DNA of 64,000 nt from an uncultured Actinomycetota bacterium (GTDB lineage Bacteria; Actinomycetota; Actinomycetes; Propionibacteriales; Nocardioidaceae). The notes beneath the pieces were generated by a model. That model did no database searches and was not told the DNA's origin. It saw only the letters and a program-made list of their open reading frames with translations. Shown here one piece after another: positions 12,406 through 21,167 of the stretch. Position numbers and translations under genes: made by a program. The first letter of the stretch is position 1, and each line of letters opens with the position of its first letter. The stretch is from positions 64,199 to 128,198 of the forward strand of contig CAVYCK010000011.1 of assembly GCA_963767095.1 (NCBI GenBank). Direction: 5' to 3'.

Positions 12406-12515
12406 CGCTCGGCGCCCCAGCGCAGCTGACCAGTGCGGCGACCACGGTCAGCGCATCGGACCGAATCCCCTCGTGGTCGGCCTGTCACGGGACCTGGATC
12501 CCGTGCCGGCCCCTC

Positions 12516-13727
12516 CTACGGCTCGTCGCGGCGGCGTACGTAGTCGGCGAAGCCGGGGAGGGTGAAGCGGACCAGCCCGTGGCCGACGGGCTCGATGACG
12601 CCCTTGTCGATGAGGCGCTCGCGAGGGACCGAGATCGCGCGGGAGTCCTGACCGAGGGCGCCGGCGATGTCGGCGCGCGAGACGTTCCCCTCGCCCGCGT
12701 CCAGGGCCCCCATCGCGCGGGCCATGGCGGTGAGGAAGGCCTGCTCGTTGGGGGTGGCGGAGCCCCAGCGAGCGCGGTACATCGCGGTGACCTGGCCCTG
12801 GGCCGCCGGGATGCCCGCGCGGACGTCGGCCATGCCGATGCGACCACCCGGGCGCGGACCGGCCGCCGCCCACGAGGCGCTGCCCAGCAGCTGGAGGAAG
12901 TAGGGATAGCCGCCGGACTCGGCGACCACGGCGTCGAGGGCCGGGCCGGTCCAGGACACGCCGAGAGCGTCGGCCGGGGCGGTCACCGCCGACCGGGCGT
13001 CGGCGTCGGCCAGCAGGTCGAGGGCCACGAACGAGCTCCGCTCGCCGAACGTCGCCGCGCGGGTGATCGCCTCCGGCGTCACCGGAAGGCCGGCCGTCAC
13101 GACGGCCAGGGGGTTCTCCTCGCGCTGGCCGTCGAGGTTCTGCAGGGCGTTGAGGAACAGCGACAGCTCGTCGCGCTGTGCCGCGTGCAGCTCGTCGACC
13201 AGCACCAGCAGCCCGGCGCCGCCCCGGTCGCGGACCAGCATCGAGGTGTCGTGGAGCAGGTCCTCCAACGCCGCGACCGGGGCGTTGGCCGGGGGATTCG
13301 GCGCGGGCGCGTCCGCGCGCAGGTCGGCGGACACCTTCAGGCCGGGTACGCCGAGCTCGAGGCCGATCCGCTCCAGCCGGGTCCGCCAGCGGGCGCCGGC
13401 CGCGCCCGGCGGGACGATCTCGGCGCGCTCGAGGCTGCGGGCGACGCCGGCCACGAGCTCGGGAAGCACCGGCGTCCCGCGCACGCAGGAGACCCAGACC
13501 GAGACGATGCCGAGCTCAGCCGTCTCGCGCTGCGCGGCCCGGAGCAGCGAGGTCTTCCCGATGCCGCGCGGGGCGTGGAAGACCAGCAGCGGGCCACCCA
13601 GCTCGCCGTACGTCGCCACCCGGCCGACCAGGTCGCGGATGCGGCCGAGCTCCTCGCGGCGTCCGGCGAGGATCCGCGGGACCTGCCCGGGGGTGTAGGG
13701 GTTGGGGAGCGTGTCGGTCGGGACCAC
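12516..13727 (-). CDS. AAA-family P-loop ATPase with C-terminal winged-helix (paralog of 46212-47415)
   Basis: NPYTPG, LAGRREEL, APRGIGKTSLL, LLVLVDELH, GGYPYFLQ, RERLIDKGVIE, FTLPGFADY. Confidence 0.8.
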   Translation of the reverse strand: MVPTDTLPNPYTPGQVPRILAGRREELGRIRDLVGRVATYGELGGPLLVFHAPRGIGKTSLLRAAQRETAELGIVSVWVSCVRGTPVLPELVAGVARSLERAEIVPPGAAGARWRTRLERIGLELGVPGLKVSADLRADAPAPNPPANAPVAALEDLLHDTSMLVRDRGGAGLLVLVDELHAAQRDELSLFLNALQNLDGQREENPLAVVTAGLPVTPEAITRAATFGERSSFVALDLLADADARSAVTAPADALGVSWTGPALDAVVAESGGYPYFLQLLGSASWAAAGPRPGGRIGMADVRAGIPAAQGQVTAMYRARWGSATPNEQAFLTAMARAMGALDAGEGNVSRADIAGALGQDSRAISVPRERLIDKGVIEPVGHGLVRFTLPGFADYVRRRDEP

Positions 13728-13759
13728 GAGGCCCTTCACCTCTTTCGGGTGGCTGGCGG

Positions 13760-13796
13760 ATACTTTGTTATACCCACGCGGAGTATAACAAGGTAT
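13760..13796. promoter_or_regulatory. 14-bp inverted repeat upstream of the AAA ATPase gene
   Basis: ATACTTTGTTATAC-N9-GTATAACAAGGTAT (13/14 match), strikingly AT-rich for this genome. Confidence 0.6.
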
Positions 13797-13803
13797 ACGG
13801 CGC

Positions 13804-13878
13804 TTGACGGTGCGCCGTCGATGGCGCAGACTTGAGCGCATCGTTTCACATCACGCAACACGTTGCATATTAAGCAAC
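13804..13878 (+). promoter_or_regulatory. Promoter (TTGACG-17-CAGACT) with tandem operator boxes
   Basis: GTTTC ACATCAC GCAAC (13843-13859) and GTTGC ATATTAA GCAAC (13862-13878). Confidence 0.62.
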
Positions 13879-13895
13879 AGTTGAAGGAGCACACA

Positions 13896-16413
13896 ATGGC
13901 GGAGGTCCCCACCTCGGCGCGAGTCGTGGTCATCGGCGCGGGCATCGTCGGCAACGGCCTGGTCTGGCACCTCGCGCGGCTCGGCTGGCGCGACATCGTC
14001 CAGATCGACAAGGGAGCGCTGCCCAACCCGGGCGGCTCGACCGGCCACGCCTCCAACTTCATCTTCCCGGTGGACCACTCCCGGGAGATCACCGACCTGA
14101 CCCTCGACTCGGTCGAGCAGTACCAGGAGATGGGCGTCTTCACCCAGTCCGGCGGCTTCGAGGTCGCCCGGACCGAGGCCCGCATGGAAGAGCTGCGCCG
14201 ACGGATGTCGAGTGCGAAGAACTGGGGCATCGAGGCCGAGCTCGTCACGCCCGAGCAGGTCGTCGAGAAGGTGCCGTTCCTCGAGAAGGACGTCATCATC
14301 GGCGCCTTCTGGACGCCGTCGGTCGGCGTCGTCGACTCCCTCCGGGCGGGCACGATCATGCGCGAGCGGGCCATGGAGGCCGGCGCGCTCACCGTCGTAC
14401 CGAACGTGGAGGTCACCGGCCTCGACGTCGAGGACGGCGCCATCAAGCGCGTGCGCACCTCGGGTGGCGACATCGAGGCCGAGGTCGTCGTCATCGCGTG
14501 CGGTGTGTGGAGCCCCAAGATCGCCAAGATGGCCGGCGCCGAGATCCCGCTGACGCCCGCCGTCCACCAGATGATCTCGGTCGGCCCGTGCCCGCAGCTG
14601 TCCGGCCTCGAGGGTGAGATCTCGTATCCCGATCGTCCGCGACATGGACACCTTCTGCTACGAGCGCCAGCACGGCGCCGACATGGAGGTCGGCTCCTAC
14701 GCGCACCGCCCGATCCTCTGGGACCCCGAGGAGATCCCCTCGATCGAGCAGTCCAAGCTGTCGCCGACCGAGCTGCCCTTCACCGAGGAGGACTTCGACC
14801 CGCAGCTCGAGGAGGCCTTCGAGCTGATGCCCGACCTGCTCGGAGCCGAGGGCGCCGAGATCCGCTACGCCATCAACGGTCTGCTCTCCCTCACCCCCGA
14901 CGGCTGGCCGATCCTCGGTGAGACCCCCGAGGTGAAGAACCTCTGGTCGGCCGCCGCGGTCTGGATCAAGGAGGGCCCGGGCGTCGCCCGCGCCGTCGCC
15001 GAGCGGATGACCCACGGTCACTCCGAGATCGACATCAGCCACTCCGACATCGCGCGCTTCTACCCCCACCAGAAGACCCGCGCCCACATCAAGGCGCGCA
15101 CGTCGGAGGCGTTCAACAAGACCTACGGGATCATCCACCCCGGCGAGCAGTACGAGTCGGACCGCCCGCAGCGGCTGGCCCCGATGCACGCGCAGCAGGT
15201 CGAGCAGGGCGCGGTGTTCTTCGAGGCCGCCGGCTGGGAGCGCCCGTTCTGGTACGAGTCGAACGCCGCCCTCGTCGAGGAGTACGGCGACCGGGTGATG
15301 CCCCGCGAGCACGAGTGGGACGCGCGCTGGTGGTCGCCGATCATCAACGCCGAGCACCTCCGGATGCGCGAGACCGCCGGCATCGTCGACCTCTCCGCGT
15401 TCGCCATCTTCGACGTGAAGGGCCCCGGCGCCCTCGAGACCGTGCAGACCGCCTGCGTCTCGCAGTGCGACGTCGGCCTCGGCAAGGTCATCTACACCCC
15501 GGTGCTCGACGAGACCGGCGGCTTCGTCTCCGACCTCACCGTGATGCGGCTCGGCCACGACCACTTCCGCGTGGTCACCGGCGGCGCGCACGGCATGGTC
15601 GACCGCAAGTGGTTCGCCGACCTCGCCGACAAGGTGGGCGGCGCCCAGGTCACCGACCTGACGTCGGCGTACACCACGATCGGCCTGTGGGGCCCGCGCG
15701 CCCGCGACATCCTCGCCTCGGTCACCTCGGCCGACGTGTCCAACGAGGGCTTCGGCTTCGGCTCCTGCCGGACGATCGAGGTCGACTCGCTGGCCGTGCT
15801 CGCCTCGCGCATCTCCTACGTCGGCGAGCTGGGCTGGGAGCTCTACGTCCCGATCGAGCAGGGCGCCCGGCTCTGGAAGATCCTGCACGAGGCCGGCGCG
15901 GCCCACGGCGCGATCCCCGTCGGCATCGGGGTCTACGGCACCACCGGCCGCATCGAGAAGGGCTACCGCGCGTTCGGCTTCGAGCTCGACGCCGAGCGCT
16001 CCATCGTCGAGGTCGGCATGCAGCGGCCGAAGGTCAAGGCGCACGACTTCGTCGGCCGCGCGGCGTACCTGAAGCAGCGCGAGACCGCCCCCGCCGCGGT
16101 GCTCTGCACGATGACCGTCGACGACCACACGTCGAAGTCGGGAGTGAAGCGCTACATGCTCGGCGGCGAGCCGATCCTGACGCGCGAGGGCGGCAGCCTC
16201 GTCGACGGCCACGGCCACCAGGCGTACGTCACCACCGCGGGCTCGGCCCCGTCGCTCGGCAAGCACGTGCTGCTCGCGTTCCTGCCCCCCGAGCAGGCGA
16301 CGATCGGCAACCAGCTGGCGGTGTCCTACATGGAGGAGCTCTATCCCGTGACGGTCGGCTCGGTCGACGCCACGTCCCTCTTCGACCCGGCCAACGAGCG
16401 GATCCGCGCATGA
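13896..16413 (+). CDS. GcvT-family FAD/folate enzyme, dimethylglycine/sarcosine dehydrogenase-like (frameshift near 14625)
   Basis: VVVIGAGIVG, GGSTGHA, NGLLSLTPDG, FFEAAGWERPFWY, SRISYVGELGWELY, RIEKGYR. Confidence 0.88.
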
Positions 16414-17185
16414 CGAACGTCCTCGTGGCGCTCAAGCGCGTGCCGGACTAGCTCCGGCGAGGTCTTGCTGACCGCCGACGGCCAGGGCGTCGACGGTCGC
16501 TACGTCGGCTTCACCATCAGCAACCACGAGCTCTGCGCGGTCGAGCTGGCCGTGCAGATCGCCGGTGCCAGCGGTGGCGAGGCCACCGTGGTGACGGTCG
16601 GCACCGCGGACGCCGCCGAGCAGCTCCGCTCGGCGCTGGCCCTGGGGTGCACGGCCGCGACGCACGTGGTCGCCGACCCGGTGGGCTACGGGCCCGCCGA
16701 CGTCGCCGACGAGATCGCCGCCGTCGTCACGGCCCACGAGGCCGAGGGCCGGAGTCACGACGTGATCCTGCTCGGCAACGACGCCGCCGACACCGGCGAC
16801 TTCCAGGTCGGGATCCGTCTCGCCTACGCGCTGGGTCGCCCGGTCGTCGCCGGTGCCAGCACCGTGGCTGTCGCCGACGGCACGGTCACGGTCGTGGCCG
16901 AGGGCCCGATCGGCACCGATACCTACCAGCTGCCCGTGCCCGCCGTGGTCACGGTGCTCGAGGGTGGCGTCGAGCCCCGCTACCCCACCGTGTCGGGGCG
17001 GATGAAGGCGAAGAAGATCGCGCATCGAGGAGCGGGCTGCCGCCGTGGCGACCCCGCGCGGGCCGAAGCGGGTCAGGCTCACGCTGCCCCCGCCGGTGCC
17101 CAACCAGGTGCAGATCCTCGGCGAGGGGCCATCGGCCGCGCCCGCCGTCAAGCAGCTGCTCGTCGACCTGGGGGTGACCCGATGA
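16410..17185 (+). CDS. etfB: Electron transfer flavoprotein beta subunit (frameshifts near 16449 and 17025)
   Basis: NVLVALKRVPD, CAVELAVQ, LRSALALG, GNDAADTGDFQVG, EPRYPT. Confidence 0.8.
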
Positions 17186-18150
17186 TCCTCGTCTACGTCG
17201 AACGCGAGGGCGACGGGTCCGGCGACGTCGCCGAGACGTCGCGGGAAGCCCTGACACTGGCCCGGTCGCTGTCGGCGGCCGGCGGCGGCATCCCCATCGA
17301 CGCCGTGGCGATCGGCGCGGTCGATGCCGGCACGCTGGCGGCGTACGGCGTCCGCGACGTCTACCAGGCCGACGGCGACGCCTTCGCGTCCTACTGCGCA
17401 GCGGCGCACGCCGCTGCCGTCCAGGCGGCCCGCGCCGCCACCTCCTCGGTCGTGGTGCTCGCCGGTGGCGGCCCGCAGGAGACGGAGGTGCTGGCGCACG
17501 TCGCCACGCGTGAAGGCGTGGCGATGGCCGCCAACGTGGTGTCCTTCGGCGGCCTCGCGCCGTTCGTGGTGACCCGCCAGGTCGTCGGGGGCCAGGTGAT
17601 GGAGGAGATGGCGCTCGACGAGCGTCCCGCGATCTTCACCGTCGCGGGCCACGCCGTGGAGGCGGCGCCGGCCGCGACGCCGGGCTCAGGCACCGTCAAG
17701 CCGCTCGCTGTCGAGGTGACCGACACCGACCTGGTCGCCCGGGTGCGCAGCACCAGCCCCCGCGCGGTCGGCGAGACCGGTGACCTGAAGAAGGCGCGGG
17801 TCGTCGTGGGCGCCGGGCGTGGCGCAGGTGGCCCCGACGGCTTCGGCCACGTCGACGAGCTGGCAGCGCTCCTCGGCGGGACGGTGGGTGTCTCCCGCGT
17901 CGTCACCAGCCTCGGCTGGCGACCTCACCACGAGCAGGTGGGCCAGACGGGCACGCGCATCTCGCCCGAGGTCTACATCCCCTGCGGCATCAGCGGCGCG
18001 ATCCAGCACTGGGCCGGCTGCTCGAGCTCCAAGGTGATCCTGGCCATCAACACCGACGCCGAGGCCCCCATGGTGACCAAGGCGACGTACGCCGTCATCG
18101 GTGACATGCACGAGGTCGTGCCGGCCATCAACGAGGCGCTCAAGGCCTGA
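17182..18150 (+). CDS. etfA: Electron transfer flavoprotein alpha subunit
   Basis: VVVGAGRG, VGVSRVV, QVGQTG, YIPCGISGAIQHWAG, AINTDAEAP. Confidence 0.9.
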   Translation: MILVYVEREGDGSGDVAETSREALTLARSLSAAGGGIPIDAVAIGAVDAGTLAAYGVRDVYQADGDAFASYCAAAHAAAVQAARAATSSVVVLAGGGPQETEVLAHVATREGVAMAANVVSFGGLAPFVVTRQVVGGQVMEEMALDERPAIFTVAGHAVEAAPAATPGSGTVKPLAVEVTDTDLVARVRSTSPRAVGETGDLKKARVVVGAGRGAGGPDGFGHVDELAALLGGTVGVSRVVTSLGWRPHHEQVGQTGTRISPEVYIPCGISGAIQHWAGCSSSKVILAINTDAEAPMVTKATYAVIGDMHEVVPAINEALKA

Positions 18151-18168
18151 CCGCCCGCCGCCCCTCTC

Positions 18169-18233
18169 GGATAGTCCCTCACGTTTGGCACCGGAATCCG
18201 GTGTAGGTCGGTGCCAAACGTGAGGGACTATCC
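18169..18233. repeat. 65-bp palindromic element, family 1, copy 2
   Basis: GGATAGTCCCTCACGTTTGGCACCG-N15-CGGTGCCAAACGTGAGGGACTATCC; both arms carry the matching A/T change. Confidence 0.9.
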
Positions 18234-18262
18234 CTTCTGCGTGCCCCGGTACCGTTCGAGGG

Positions 18263-19492
18263 ATGGCAGGGGTACGGGTGACGGCGCTGGCGGCCGTGCT
18301 CGTGCTGGCCGCGGCGTGCGGTACGCCGCAGAGCGGCTCGCGTCCCGACCCCGGCGAGGCGTCGGGGCCGGTCGGCGCGAGCGCGACGGCCACAGCGGGG
18401 CCGGCGGAGCCGACCACCTCGGGGACGCTCGGGTTGGATCCCGCCATGGCCGTCGAGCCGCCCGGCCCGCGCGACGGCGCGCTGCGATCGGCCGACCTGC
18501 TCGTGTTCGGCGAGTCCGCGCTCGGCGACGCCGCTCTCGAGGAGATCGCCGGCCTCGACGGCGTCTCCGCCGTCACGCCGATCAGTCTCGCCCAGGTCAC
18601 GATCGAGAACCGGGCGGTCAACGTCGCGGCGGTCGACCCGGCGACGTACCGGCTCTTCACCGTGCGCGAGGTCGCGCTGAAGCAGGCGATCTGGGACCGG
18701 GTGGCCGGCGGCGAGCTGGCCGTGACGCCGCGGCTGAAGGGGCGGATGAGCGACGAGGGCTATCTGCGCCTCGGCGTCAGCAAGGACGCGCCGTCGGTGC
18801 ACGTGGGCGCCGTGGCCGAGCAGATCCCCCAGGTCGACCTCGTGGTCAACGAGAAGTGGGGCGAGGAGCTCGGCATGACACCGGGCAACGCGGCCCTCGT
18901 GTGGACGGGGGCCTCGGCTCCGGCGCGACTGCGGGGCCCGGTGCAGAAGGTCGTCGGCGACGAGGTGTCGGTGCAGCGTCTCGACATCGCGGCACGGCTC
19001 GGCCTCGACACCACGTCACCCACGCAGACGGCGTTCTTCACCGGCGGCTCGGTGGCAGCGGTGGTCGGGACGTTCATCTACACCGTGCTGGACGGCGGCC
19101 GCATCGCACCCGAGGACGACTGGGTGAGCACGCACATCAGCACCGAGTCGGTGCCGATCCTCGGACAGATGACCTGCAACCGGGCCATCTTCCCGCAGCT
19201 GCGCGCCGCGCTCACCGAGGTCGAGGAGCGCGGCCTCGCCGACGAGATCCACGTCGACGAGTACGCCGGCTGCTACTACCCCCGCTTCATCGCCGGCACC
19301 ACCACCCTGTCCAACCACGCCTTCGGGCTGGCGTTCGACCTCAACGTTCCGGGCAACCAGCGCGGCACCGTCGGCCAGATCGACCGCACGGTCGTGTCGA
19401 TCTTCGAGTCGTGGGGCTTCGGCTGGGGCGGCAGGTGGGGCTGGACCGACCCGATGCACTTCGAGATGAACGCGATCGTCGCCCCCCGCTGA
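18263..19492 (+). CDS. M15-family metallopeptidase lipoprotein (peptidoglycan peptidase)
   Basis: Lipobox LAAAC; C-terminal SNHAFGLAFDLN, GFGWGGRW, DPMHFE. Confidence 0.85.
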   Translation: MAGVRVTALAAVLVLAAACGTPQSGSRPDPGEASGPVGASATATAGPAEPTTSGTLGLDPAMAVEPPGPRDGALRSADLLVFGESALGDAALEEIAGLDGVSAVTPISLAQVTIENRAVNVAAVDPATYRLFTVREVALKQAIWDRVAGGELAVTPRLKGRMSDEGYLRLGVSKDAPSVHVGAVAEQIPQVDLVVNEKWGEELGMTPGNAALVWTGASAPARLRGPVQKVVGDEVSVQRLDIAARLGLDTTSPTQTAFFTGGSVAAVVGTFIYTVLDGGRIAPEDDWVSTHISTESVPILGQMTCNRAIFPQLRAALTEVEERGLADEIHVDEYAGCYYPRFIAGTTTLSNHAFGLAFDLNVPGNQRGTVGQIDRTVVSIFESWGFGWGGRWGWTDPMHFEMNAIVAPR

Positions 19493-19502
19493 CAGGTCCA
19501 CA

Positions 19503-20110
19503 GGTTTCGAGACAGGACTTCGTCCTTCCTCAACCAGCGGTGGGTACCGGTGGTCGAGCAGCGGGTGGTACCGGTGGTCGAGCAGCGAGCGGAGCGAGCG
19601 ATCAGTCGAGACCACCACCTTGCCGGCGGACGGCACGTTCCGGTGGTCGAGCAGCGGGGTCTCGAATCGGTGGTCGAGCAGCGAGCGGAGCGAGCGATCA
19701 GTCGAGACCACCACTTGCCGGCGGTCGAGCACGTTCCGGTGGTCGAGCAGCGAGCGGAGCGAGCGATCAGTCGAGACCACCACTATGCCGGTCGGTCGCC
19801 TCACCGGGTTTCGAGACAGGACTTCGTCCTTCCTCAACCAGCGGTGGGTACCGGTGGTCGAGCACGTTCCGGTGGTCGAGCAGCGAGGTCTCGACTCGGC
19901 TCGACCACCAAGACGCGATCAGTCGAGACCACCTCCACGCGGTCGGTCGCCTCACCGGGTTTCGAGACAGGACTTCGTCCTTCCTCAACCAGCGGTGGTT
20001 GTGTACCGGTGGTCGAGCAGCGAGGTCTCGACTGGCTCGACCACCAAGACGCGATCAGCTCGAGCCATCCAAGACGCGGTCAGTCGAGACCACCACCACG
20101 CGGTCGGCCA
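19503..20110. repeat. REP/BIME-like mosaic repeat cluster
   Basis: Unit A GGTTTCGAGACAGGACTTCGTCCTTCCTCAACCAGCGGTGG x3 (19503, 19807, 19958); unit B GGTGGTCGAGCAGCGAGCGGAGCGAGCGATCAGTCGAGACCACC x3 plus partial copies. Confidence 0.85.
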
Positions 20111-20130
20111 CCGCTGCGAGGATCGAGTGC

Positions 20131-21102
20131 ATGCGCGCAGCCCAGGTCGTTGCCATCACCGGTCCGACGGGTGTCGAGGTGCGCGACGTGCCCGATCCGG
20201 AGCCGGGACAGCACGAGGTGCTCGTCCGGGTGCGGGCGGTGGGGCTGTCGTTCCCCGACCTGCTGCTGAGCAAGGGTCGGTACCAGCTGCGGCCCGACCT
20301 GCCGTTCACCCTCGGCGTCGACCTCGCGGGCGACGTGGTGTCCGCGCCCGAGGGGTCCGGCCTCGCCGCCGGCGACCGGGTGGCCGGCGTGCTGCCGCAC
20401 GGAGCCGCGGGCGAGCTCGCCGTCGTCCCGGCCGGGGCGGTCTTCCCGCTGCCCGACGCCACGTCGTACGACGCCGGCGCGGCCCTGCCGATGAACTACC
20501 TGACCGCGCACTTCGCGCTCGTCGAGCGGGCGGGCCTCCGCGCAGGCGAGACGGTGCTGGTGCACGGTGCCGCAGGCGGTGTCGGGACGGCCACGATCCA
20601 GGTGGCGCGGGCCTTGGGCGCCCGCACGATCGGCGTCGTCTCGACCGAGGCGAAGGCCGGGGTGGCCCGAACCGCCGGGGCCGACGAGACGGTCCTCCTC
20701 GAGGGCTTCAAGGACGCCGTCGCCGAGCTCACCGACGGCCGCGGCGTCGATGTCGTCGTCGATGTCGTCGGCGGTGAGGCGTTCACCGACTCGCTGCGCT
20801 CGCTCGCCCCGCTCGGACGGCTGCTGGTCGTCGGGTTCGCGGCCGGCCAGGGCATCCCCGAGGTCAAGGTCAACCGGCTGCTGTTGAACAACATCGACGT
20901 GCGTGGTGTCGGCTGGGGCGCCTACGCCTTCACCCACCAGGGCTTCCTGCGCGGCCAGTGGGACGCCCTGCTGCCCTGGCTCGAGGGCGGCCTGGTCGAC
21001 CCGACGATCGGGGCGACGTACGCCCTCGACGACGTGGTCCGGGCGCTCGCCGAGCTCGACGAGCGCCGGGCCACGGGCAAGGTGGTGCTGCGGGTCGGCT
21101 GA
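20131..21102 (+). CDS. NADPH:quinone oxidoreductase family (MDR)
   Basis: GRYQLRPDLPF, NYLTAHFAL, VLVHGAAGGVG, GRLLVVGFA, RATGKVVL. Confidence 0.9.
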   Translation: MRAAQVVAITGPTGVEVRDVPDPEPGQHEVLVRVRAVGLSFPDLLLSKGRYQLRPDLPFTLGVDLAGDVVSAPEGSGLAAGDRVAGVLPHGAAGELAVVPAGAVFPLPDATSYDAGAALPMNYLTAHFALVERAGLRAGETVLVHGAAGGVGTATIQVARALGARTIGVVSTEAKAGVARTAGADETVLLEGFKDAVAELTDGRGVDVVVDVVGGEAFTDSLRSLAPLGRLLVVGFAAGQGIPEVKVNRLLLNNIDVRGVGWGAYAFTHQGFLRGQWDALLPWLEGGLVDPTIGATYALDDVVRALAELDERRATGKVVLRVG

Positions 21103-21167
21103 CCCGGGCCGGACCCACCGGGTGATCAGGCGGGCAAGTCCACCGGTCGCGGGTTAGGGTCGCTCCC

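Noticed and set aside
16449-16451. In-frame TAG in etfB as pyrrolysine/amber readthrough (tempting given the MttB-family gene)
   Set aside because: The ETF-beta sequence resumes in a different frame, so a one-base insertion explains it.
16465-18150. 561-aa fused ETF beta-alpha ORF
   Set aside because: An indel near 17025 joins the frames; the beta C-terminus ends at TGA 17183-17185, overlapping the alpha ATG.
19503-20110. Possible CRISPR array
   Set aside because: Units are of two types in opposite orientations, spacing is irregular, the intervening sequences are themselves repeated rather than unique, and there are no cas genes.
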